DNA of 47,885 nt from Macrostomum lignano. Its lineage: Eukaryota. The position numbers were made by a program, and so were the translations under genes. Below are positions 1 through 11,000 of the stretch, one piece after another. The stretch covers positions 1 to 47,885 of the forward strand of contig NIVC01004384.1 in NCBI GenBank assembly GCA_002269645.1, written 5' to 3'. Under the pieces are notes generated by a model. The model saw nothing but the letters and a program-made list of their open reading frames with translations. It searched no databases and had not been told where the DNA came from. How positions within the stretch are numbered: the first letter of the stretch is position 1; the number at the start of each line of letters is the position of its first letter.

Positions 1-520
1 CTGACAGATAGCTGGCCCATCTTCTACATATGCCGTGCGAATAATTTTCTGCTTGTCCACAATATGAATGAATCATGCGAATTCAAATGAGTAGTAAAAT
101 TCTACGGAAGCGGCAATGGACTATATAAATCACGGCGAGATCAGATTAGACTTTGCTAAAATTTAAATAATAAACAATTCTTAGAGTTAATTAATTTAAA
201 TCATTTGTTACTACACAAAAAATTCTTTCTCATAGAAAAAATCTTTATTTCTTAGAACAAATGTTCAAGCCAAGTTATGTTGTTATACTGCACTCAAATC
301 GTATGTACTAAACTTCCCACAACACGGCATATGTAGAAGATAGGGCAGCTATCTCGTCAGTGTGCCGTGCGGATAAGCAGAAAATTATTCGCACGGCATA
401 TGTAGAAGATAGGGCAGCTATCTCCTCAGTGTGCCGTGCGGATAAGCAGAAAATTATTTGCACGGTACCGTTGGAATAAGACAGAAATTATTCCTACGGT
501 ACCGTGGGGATAAGCACTGC
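1..520. repeat. Foldback/MITE-like element: inverted repeat plus a 69-bp tandem unit
   Basis: Bases 1-60 are the near-exact reverse complement of about 369-430. A 69-bp unit (CACGGCATATGTAGAAGATAGGGCAGCTATCTC...AGAAAATTATTCG) occurs twice at about 323-460, followed by shorter variants to about 520. The left end runs off the window. Confidence 0.7.
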
Positions 521-1036
521 CTTAAAATTATGCAACTTTACTTTTGTGCTGCAACAATAATAGACCTTTTTTCTATTGTTACATTTGATATTTATATATA
601 ACAAAATAAGTGTTGTGTCTATTTTTCCTTTATAAATAATTTGTAGTTACATACTTGTGCAAAGTTCTGATACTTAAATTCTTTAAATCATTATATTTTT
701 ATATCCAATTAATATTTATTCTTTTTTTTATTTGCACTCCCATCATCCGTCATCTCTTAACTGCAACCTTTTTCTTTGAAATGTTTTATCTTTGTTATAG
801 AAACTTGCACTTATTTTCAAATAGCTTTGTATACCACTTTTTATATGCTAAAAAAGTGGTTTGCTTTGTATAAAATATGCCAAATAATTTTTTTTAAGAT
901 TTAAGCATGCCAAACATGCATACCAAATGAACTATGAAGGGCTAATGCACACTGGAATTTTCAAGCAAAAAGGGCACCTTCCTGACTATGAAAAACATAG
1001 GCCTAGAGGGTGGCTATGTCCCTATTAGGCCTAGGC

Positions 1037-1499
1037 CTATACAATCCATTCAACATTGGAAACAGTGGCAGTCTCTTTATTGCCAAAAATTAAAGCAATT
1101 GTACCATATGTGCTTACAACATACATGGCACTGGCAGATGTGCCTATAAGCTTGAACCTTATAGACATAGTTGCCATTTCTAAAATGAATAGCCTAAGTA
1201 CTCCAAAACTAAAAATCAATCAATGTTGCCAATGTATAAGAACAATATTTTACAACTTACATGACAGACTTGGCAACAAAGAACAACAGCACAAGGGCTG
1301 TAAGAACACACAAAATCACTGCACTTTTTAGTAGTGTTTGTTTGTTTTCTAGAACAAAAGAGTTTACTTTATTATTCCACGTTGCTGTTGGATAAATAGC
1401 TGGAACTGGAACGGATGATGTTGGATTAACATAATAGGTAGTAGATTTCATCCAAGGCGAGCTCATAGTGTTGAAAGGACTAGGCGATAGTTTAGTCAT
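1037..1499 (-). CDS. Small orphan membrane protein, 136 aa, 2 exons (1499-1261, 1208-1037)
   Basis: ORF 1257-1499 ends at a GTAAGT donor (plus strand 1255-1260). A TTTTTAG acceptor (plus strand 1209-1215) joins it in matching phase 2 to ORF 1037-1219, giving a 52-nt intron and 411 nt of CDS. The product has a strongly hydrophobic helix (SAVILCVLTALVLLFFVAKSVIFGVL). I recognise no homolog. Confidence 0.55.
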
Positions 1500-1744
1500 A
1501 ATTATTTTATAAATAATAGGAATGACTAGGTCCTTACTCCTAGGATTAGGATACTTATTTTGCCCAGGCCCTATATATCAAGTCAAGACCAAGAACAAAA
1601 ACACAGCAATTAACTCCGGACAACAGAAGATTTTCTATTCTAAAAATGACTATATCAACCTAGCAGGACAAATAGGTTTATTACCACAGGATCGCAGTGA
1701 AAATTTTTGTAAATTTAGTTCAAACTGACTCACATGCTTTGAAT

Positions 1745-1757
1745 GTTATTCGACAAC
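1745..1757. promoter_or_regulatory. Degenerate RFX X-box-like motif in the region between the divergent genes
   Basis: GTTATT-C-GACAAC fits GTHNYY-N-RRNAAC, about 270 bp upstream of the dynein ATG. A forkhead-like TAAACAAA lies about 30 bp away. The match is short and degenerate. Confidence 0.2.
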
Positions 1758-2030
1758 GCAGCGGCGTGGTTGTGCGTTATAAATTCATAAACAAACGAAA
1801 ATTTTGAGGTTTATTATTTTGTTTTAAAAAAATTATAAATATTTTTTTGCGCGAAAAGTTATACATAACACGATAAACTAAGAACAAATGTCAAAAATTT
1901 GTTATAACTTAGTCGTAGCTAGCGAGCACGAAGTAAATTTAATTTCAATTTTTTGTGAGATTTTAGTAACATTTAGAACTGTAAGAATTTACATCACAGT
2001 CTTTTTTCTTGGATTTTTGTATATGGTGCC

Positions 2031-5000
2031 ATGAGCAGCAACGAAAAACTCCCCCAATCGCGGGGGAGAAACGATCTAATGGAAAGCATGATGTGAAAAG
2101 CAAATCCGGAGTTGAAGAGGGTGAATTCGCCGCTCTTAATTTGCATAACTACCGCCTGGCCGACAAGAAAAGAGATCAGTTGCAACAGTTCTTGTAAGTG
2201 ACATTATTTGGTGGTTAAAGCTTGACTTTTGCTGCCCCAGTTGATAAATTTTAGTGTTTAATCGATACTTTGATCCTTTTCTGTTTAGATCGTTGATCTG
2301 CATTTCAATTTTGCACTATTTATCTAACTATCAAATTTACATATATGTATTTAGAAACTTAGACATCTATATATATGCTTAATTGGTTATAAGTTGTATT
2401 TTACTTGCAACCTAAAACATTGGATGTGGCCTTAATAATGGTACGTTGGATTTCACCAAAAATATTAGATTCTAAAACTGTGAATTTACTCTATATTAAC
2501 AGGGTATATTTTGTACATACTGCAACATTCTTTCTCTGAACGCAATTTGCAGTAATTTATTGTTAAGTATCAAAAATTTATACTCAAACATTTTGGGGTA
2601 TCTAAATTTCATATCTGAAAAATTATATTTTAACTCTAATCTCATTTTTAATTAGAATCGAGAGGGCGCTGAAAACACAGCACGAAATGAAGTATGACAA
2701 CAAAGATCTGTCGAAACCAACTCCGCCGGAGTATCCACAGGAGGTGCGCCTTTCCACTGTGTTTTATTTTGGCTTGAGATGATTTTCAATCTCTGCAAAT
2801 ACTTGTCTTGCTTATAGAACTTTAGCTAGGCAAAAAACTACTTTTCAGATGATGAGCGATGACAGAAAAGTGCGATTAAACTACGAATTCCTACGAAAGT
2901 GCGTTGAAAGCAGCCCGATTCCGCCCATGTCGCCGGAATGGCTGGTCAACATAAAGCACAAGATTGCCGAACATCTTCGCGAAGGCAAGGACGATTTTCT
3001 GAACGAAGTGCTGGCTGAAGTAAATCAGAACTTTGACACAAGCATGAAGAAATCTCTTGGTGAGTAATTCAAAATTTTTAAACTAAAACCCGCTTGAAAG
3101 GGGTTGCTTTCAATGCAGATTATCTAATTTTACGAGCTGAAACATCGATTTTAGTTCAACTGTCTCTGAAGAAGCCTGATGTCCCTGGCCTGGAGGACGA
3201 TGATCTAGTGGAACCGTCAGAGGAACCAGTGTAGGTCATCAACTTTAATTTAACTGATCACTGAGAGAATTTAAGTAAGCCTAGCCTAGAAGCCTAAAAT
3301 TTAAGTAAGCGATTTCGAACTCAATAAAATTTTCAGAGGACTCGATTTCTCAAAGGAGTGGCACGAGAGTTTCGTAGCGAATAAGCGAGAAATTTCTTAC
3401 CGGCTGATGATTCTGTATCCACAAATGCCAAAGCTGCTGGAGCTGTGCCAGCGTGAGCTCGGCCAGCAGATAATTCTGGACTTGGCTGAGTACAAGGCCG
3501 AAAGCCCCATGGAGTTTGAGACATTGCGCACAAATGTTACCTACGAATGCGAAAAGATGGAAGAGCGATTACTCGGCCACTGGTACCGGGAGGTGATGAA
3601 GATCTTCTCTGAACGCACAACTTCAGTGCTTCGTGTGGACCTTCAGGAGCCGTTCTACAGCTGCGTAACCACTCTCATGTCAAACCAGCTCAAGCTGCTC
3701 AAAGAGGAAACCGTCAATGCGTGGGTTCTCCTCTTTGATGAGGAGCAGCGCTTCAGGCTGCCGCAGCTCAACATGTTCCTGTCCTTCCAAGATCGCCAAA
3801 TGAGCGTCGATCCAGAGTACGCGGTGTACGAGGACCTCCTACTCTCGGTTGTAGATGAGGTGAACAAGAGCCTAAGCTCGATTCCCACAGTGAGCTCGCA
3901 GCTGTCAGCCACGCCGAATGTGAACGTCCCGACGGAGCTGGCGGAGCACATCGTGCAGTTGGCCAAAGCCAAACTAAAATCCGCTGCTGCGCGCTACTTT
4001 GAAAGCGTAGAGAACAGCCTCAGGTCGTACCACGAGCGGTACGATTACCTGGTCGACGGTACGGCCAACTCTCGAGTAGAGAAGTTCCTAACCGAGGAAC
4101 ACACGTTCGCCGAGTACTGCGAGCTGATCGAAGAGTATCGCGCCATCTCGTACGCCATTCGGCGTAATCCAACCATAGAGTTCTACGATCTCATCCGGCT
4201 GAACGTCGAGGAGCTGAAGAACGGCCTCGCCGAAGTGGCTCAGGGCTACGCCGACCGCCTGCTGGAGCGGGTGGTGCGTGACCACCGTGCTGAGAACACA
4301 AAAATCTGCCAGCAGTTCGACTACGTCAAGGCCAGAGCTCAGAAGAAACCGGAGACCAGCGAGGAGCTCATGGAGATGATTAAATTTATGGAGCAAGCTC
4401 GTAGCACTGGCATGGTGACGCTGAATGAGAAGATCAAGGAATCACAAAACCGCCTGCAGTACTTGCTGGACGTCTGGATCTTCAACGACGACGATCTCCA
4501 GCTGAACAGTGAAGTCCTGACTTGGCCGAAGAGGATCTCGCCAATCTTCGATGAAAACGAGACGGTAAGTAGCTGCTGAATATGATAAATTAAAGTACGC
4601 ATTGAGTTACTTTGCTTCAATCAAATAACTCTTCCAGCTGCAAGAGGAGTCCAAGACTCAAGGTGAGAAGCTTCTGATTGAGCGCAAGGAGAAGCTAATT
4701 GCCGAGTTGCAGCGCATCCGCAACCGAGTGGATGAATTCAACGACTACGGCGAGATGGATCTCGAGATCATGAGCCAGTACGTGCAGGACGTCAACAAAG
4801 TTCAGCAGCGCCTGGACACCGCTCGGGCCGACTCCGAGTGGATCAACAAGGAGGAGCAGCTGTACAAGTACCCGTGACGCCATTCCCAGATATCGACGAC
4901 TTGACTAACCTGATGCAGCCGTTCCTTAGCATCTTTAAGAACACATTCCGATACTTGAATAAGGAGAACCAGTAAGTGCATGAAATAGTGTTTATCGAAC

Positions 5001-8000
5001 CATGGAAATACTTTAGCGTAATGTTTTATCTCTCTCTTCAGGTGGCTGAAAGGTGAATTCCTCGCCCTGGATGCCGAGCGCATTGCCGAAGAGGTGGATG
5101 AAATTAGCCGCGAAATTTTCCGCGTCTCCAAGGTGTTCAACAACCGGCTGAAGAAGATGCAGGCCGAAAAGGAAGAGCGGGAGCGCGAGAAGAAGAAGAG
5201 AAAGAAGCTGGAGGAAGACACTCAAGGTGAGGGTGGCGAGGAGGAAAAAGATGATGAAGAGGAAGTTAAGCCGCCCGCTGCACTGGACATTTGCAACACT
5301 CTAACGGAGAAGATCCGCGAGTTCAAGGAGAAGATCAACGTCATCGAAATTCTGTGCAACCCGGGCATCCGGCAGCGTCACTGGGAAAAAATGTCCAGCA
5401 TCTGCGGATTCGACATCACCCCGGATTCTGGAACAACTTTAATCAAGGTGCTCGGGCTCAAGCTGGACGCCTTCATGGAGGAGTTCGGCCAGATATCCGC
5501 TGCCGCTACAAAGAGCACAGCCTTGAGAAGGGTGAGTTCAGATTTGGCTTCTATCAAATTTCTAGTTCGTGGTTATTACACGCATTCCACATACCGGCAT
5601 TTCAGGCATGAAGAAGATGATCGAAGACTGGGAGCCAATCAGCTTCTCCCTGATCCCCTACCGCGAGACCGGCATCAACATTCTGTCCAGTGTTGACGAT
5701 ATTCAAACCCAGCTCGACGACCAGATCATGCGCACGCAGACGATGCGTGGCTCGCCGTTCATCCGGCCATTTGAAAAGGAAATCCGAGAGTGGGAAGAGC
5801 GCCTGCTGCGCATTCAGGAGACCATCGACGAGTGGCTGAAGGTGCAGGCGAACTGGCTGTACCTAGAGCCGATCTTCAGCTCTGAGGACATCATGCAGCA
5901 GATGCCGGAACAGGGCCGCCTGTTCCAAACTGTGGATCGCAACTGGCGCGACATCATGAAGAACACTGCCAAGGACCCCAAGCTGCTGAAGGCCACCGAC
6001 ATGCCCGGCCTCCTGGAGAAACTGAAAGACTCCAACGATCTGCTGGACAAGATCCAGAAGGGTCTGAACTCCTACCTGGAAAAGAAGCGTCTTTTCTTCC
6101 CTCGATTTTTCTTCCTGTCGAACGATGAGATGCTGGAGATTCTGTCCGAGACAAAGGACCCGCTGCGCGTCCAGCCGCATCTTAAGAAGTGCTTTGAGGG
6201 CATCGCGAAGTTGGAGTTCGATAGTGCGCTGGACATTCACGGGATGTATTCGAGCGAAGGAGAGAAGATCAAGTTTAGCCAGACCATCAGCACGTCTGAG
6301 GCGCGAGGAGCGGTTGAAAAGTGGCTCCTTCAGGTGCAGGACGTCATGTTGATGTCCATGCGCGATGTTATCGCTGCGTCCTACGACGTAAGTCCTGTTT
6401 CTCTCTCCCTCAGCTAATCCATTTTTAGAGTTTATTTAAACAAAAAATTGAGCAAATCTCCGTTCCATTCGTAGCGTTTGATCATTCTCGTATAATAGAT
6501 TCCGTCAGAGCGGCAACAACTCAACCATCGTAAAATCGTTTTTTAGGACTTGTGTGACAAACGAATCAACAACATCATGTTTGCGTCTAGTCCCGCCGAT
6601 GAGCTGATACGTTTTAAGCTTTAAAATTGTTTATTTAATTTTATTGGGCACACAATAGCATCAATAGCTTAAGCATTTTCTCTGGTCATATTTGCTAGTA
6701 CGAGTAAATTTAATTCGTTGCGTCCGATATATGTCACTAAGCATGGTAAACTATTAGGCTGTCACGATGTACAGTTCGATCGGTACTTTTTATACAATAC
6801 GATGAGATGCAGTTATTGTCGCACTGAATGCCAACGTTTCAGAAATATCCGTCGCTCTTGTCAGCGGACACGACGCATGTAATTTCTCAATTTGTCGTGC
6901 TTGTTTTTGTTCAGTTGTTGGTGAACTGAAGTTTGAAATTGAATGTTTGACCAGTGCCATCCCGAGACGCCAAAATCAATCCTTGCTGTTTCAGTGTATC
7001 AATTGTCAAGTCACTGTCTATTTTTGTTTTTAATCACGAAATTCTACTCGTACTAATAATTTTGTCGGTTAAATGACTCAATCAATAACAGTATTGAAAA
7101 TCACATATTTCCTTCCCTTCGCATGCAAACCATAAAATGTTTTTGTGTGCGCTGATTAATCAATCTTCATTAACTGCAAGGTCACCTCAACCGTTTTCTC
7201 TTTATAGGCCTATGCTATTGAGGCCCGAAAGAAGTGGGTCTGTGACTGGCCTGGACAGGTAGTCCTGTGTGTCTCCCAGATCTACTGGACAGCCGAGGTG
7301 CACGACTCGCTAAGCGCCGGTGTCCAGGGTCTTAAGGACTACTACAAGAAGCTGTCCGACCAGCTATCTGACATCGTTGTGCTGGTTCGTGGCAAGCTGA
7401 ACGCGCAGCAGCGCATCACTCTGGGTGCGCTGGTCGTTATCGATGTGCACTCCCGGGACGTGGTGGAAGACATGGTGAAGAAGGGCGTGTCCGATGAAAA
7501 CGACTTCAATTGGCTGGCGCAGATGCGCTACTACTGGGAGGACGAGAACGTGTTCATCCGCCTGACCAACGCCAAAGTTCGGTACGCCTACGAGTACCTG
7601 GGCAACTCGCCGCGTCTTGTCATCACGCCGCTTACGACAGGTGCTATCGCACTCTGATCGGCGCGTACCACCTCAATTTGAATGGCGCTCCCGAGGGTCC
7701 AGCCGGTACGGGCAAGACGGAAACAACAAAGGATTTGGCGAAGGCTCTGGCTGTACAGTGTGTTGTTTTTAACTGCTCGGACGGCCTGGACTACATTGCC
7801 ATGGGGAAGTTCTTCAAGGGCCTGGCATCCAGCGGCGCCTGGGCCTGCTTCGACGAGTTCAATCGAATCGAGCTCGAAGTATTGTCTGTGGTGGCGCAGC
7901 AGATTCTCAGCATCATCATCGCCGTGCGAAGCAAAGCCTCTGAGTTCGACTTCGAGGGACCCTGCTCAAGCTCAACCCCAACTGCTACGTGTGCATCACC

Positions 8001-11000
8001 ATGAACCCCGGATATGCCGGCCGCTCCGAGCTGCCCGACAACCTGAAGGTGCTGTTCCGGCCGGTGGCTATGATGGTGCCAGACTATGCCATGATCGGAG
8101 AGATCTCTCTTTACTCGTTCGGCTTCATGGACGCTCGAAACCTGGCCGTGAAGATTGTTACCACTTACCGACTGAGCTCCGAGCTGCTCAGTTCGCAGAG
8201 CCACTACGACTACGGAATGCGTGCCGTCAAGGCTGTGCTCTCAGCTGCCGGAAATCTCAAGCTGAAGTTTCCAGATGACGATGAGAACATCCTGCTGCTA
8301 CGCTCCATCCTGGATGTGAACTTGCCAAAATTCTTGTCGCACGATATTCCACTGTTTGAGGGCATCATCAGCGACTTGTTTCCGGGAGTTAAGAGGCCCG
8401 AAGCGGACTACAGGATCTTCCTCGACGAAATTCGTCGCGTATGCGAGGCTCACAAACTGCAGAGTGTTGACTTCTTTACCGAGAAAATCATCCAGACCTA
8501 CGAAATGATGATCGTACGTCACGGGTGAGTTGCCGAGTGAATGCTTTTGCTGATTGTTTATCGTATGAGCAAACAGTACACAATAAATGCTTTCCTATTT
8601 TAGCTTCATGCTGGTGGGCGAACCGTTCGGTGGAAAGACGAGTGTGCTTCATGTTCTGGCCGAGACGATGACCAATTTGAACGAGGCCGGCTACTCGGAA
8701 GACTACGAGAAGGTCATGTACCGGACCATCAATCCCAAAGCCATCACAATGGGCCAGCTTTTGGCCAGTTCGACCCGGTGTCGCACGAGTGGACCGACGG
8801 TATCACAGCCAACACGTTCCGAGAATTCGCTTCTAACGACACACCCGACCGGAAGTGGGTCATTTTCGATGGGCCCATCGATACGCTGTGGATTGAGTCC
8901 ATGAACACTGTTCTGGGTGAGCTTGGATTAAATAGATAGCACAATTTATCAATAAAATGTGAAATATTCAACGGCACTGTCAATATTTTTGTTTAATTGC
9001 AGACGACAACAAGAAGCTGTGTCTGATGTCTGGAGAAATCATCCAGATGAGCAAGGTCATGAGTCTCATCTTCGAGACCATGGACCTGTCGCAGGCGTCC
9101 CCGGCCACTGTCAGCCGGTGTGGCATGATTTACCTCGAGCCCAGCACTCTGGGCTGGCGCCCGTTGGTCAAGTCCTGGATCGAAAGCTTCCCCGAGGTGC
9201 TGATCAAGGACGGCAGCCAAGAAGTGATGTCGCACCTCATGGAGTGGGCCATTGATCCTTGCCTGGACTTTGTGCGCAAGAGCTGCCGAGAGTACATCAA
9301 CAGCAGCCAGACTAATCTGGTGCGGTCATGCATGTTCTTCATCGACATGCTCATGGACGAGCACGTCAACGCCGAGAACGCCAAGGACAACAAGCACCTG
9401 AAGACGTGGATTGTAGCTGCCTGGCTCTTTGCCATCCCGTGGTCCATCGGCGGCATTCTGGACGTCGACAGTCGAGAAAAATTCGACAAGTTCTTCCGCG
9501 AACTCATCAGTGGTCGCAATGAGGCTAACCCGATACCAAAGGAGATAGGCAAGATTGAGACCGTGTTCCCAGAAAATGGAATGGTCTATGACTACATGTA
9601 CGAGGTATGCACTTGCTACAACTAAGCTTCAATTCTGCCAGTCTGTCTAACAAAGCATAACGCAAGCTAACAAACAATTTCTTCTATCATGTGCAAACTT
9701 CCAGTTTAATAGGCTCAACCTTGTTGTAAGTTAATTGTCATGACCAAAGTGGCACAGTCACAGTGGCTAGAATCACGATTTTATTTGTGTCAAATTTCGT
9801 ATAAATGTGTTTTTTCAGCCAGTACAAAGAGGAAAGATTTTTTTATCTTTTTTATGAAAATGCTTTATTTCAAGAATTCACACGCATTTTCATAGGGTCA
9901 GCAGCAGAAATCTGACTTAGTCGGAAGTAGAGCAAGCACTGCCTTTGTTGCCATTGCAGACCAAGGCCAGAGGCCAGTGGCGCCACTGGAACGATCTGAT
10001 TCGCGGCTCGGATCTGTTTGCCGGCAAGAAGATCCGCGAGATCCTGGTGCCCACCATGGACACCGCACGCTACAAGTTCATCATGGATCTCTGCATTGAG
10101 AAATCACGGCCGCTCATGTTTGTCGGCCCTACCGGCACGGGAAAATCCGTCTACGTCCAGGACAAGATGATGAACGAGCTGTCAAAGGACAAATTTGTGC
10201 CTCATTTCGTGAATTTCAGTGCTCAGACAAGCGCCAATCAGACGCAGACCGTCATCATGTCAAAGCTGGACAGGCGCCGCAAGGGAATCTTCGGACCGCC
10301 GATCAACAAGCAGGCTGTCATTTTCATTGACGACATCAATATGCCGCAGAAGGAGGTGTATGGAGCCCAGCCGCCCATTGAGCTGCTTCGCCAGTACTTT
10401 GACCACGGCAACTGGTACGACTTGAAGGACACTTCCAAGATCATCCTTCAGGATGTTTACTTCATCGCCGCCATGGGACCACCGGGTGGCGGCCGCAACG
10501 ACATCACGCCGCGCTTCATGCGACACTTCAACATCGTCTCAATGACGCCATTTAACGATGACACAATGATTCGCATTTTCACAGCTCTGATGAATACGTA
10601 CATGAAGACGCAAGGCTTCACATCGGACTTCCTCGCCATCGGCAGTACCATCGTGCACTCGACCATGGAGGTCTACAAGGCAGCTATCAAGAATCTCCTG
10701 CCAACGCCGGCTAAGAGTCACTACGTGTTCAACCTGCGCGACTTCAGCCGAATCATCCTGGGTGTCTGTCTGATTAAGCGCGAGCAGGTGACAGAGAAAC
10801 GCGTCTTCACTCGCCTGTGGTGCCACGAGGTGATGCGCGTCTTTTACGATCGTCTAACAGACGACACGGACAGGAAATGGCTATTCAAGCTGCTGCAGGA
10901 CTCAGTAAAGAACCACTTCAAGGACAGCTTCGAGTCCGTGTTTGAGCATCTGGCCGGTGGCGGTACTGGGCAGGGGTCAGTCAGCGAGGAAGACGTCAGA

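Noticed and set aside
655-873. 72-aa hydrophobic ORF
   Set aside because: TTG start in T-rich low-complexity DNA, probably antisense to the small gene's 3' UTR; the hydrophobicity is compositional.
2051-8762. Programmed ribosomal frameshifting or RNA editing in the dynein gene
   Set aside because: The six sites share no slippery heptamer or structure, and all fit single-base loss typical of sequencing error.
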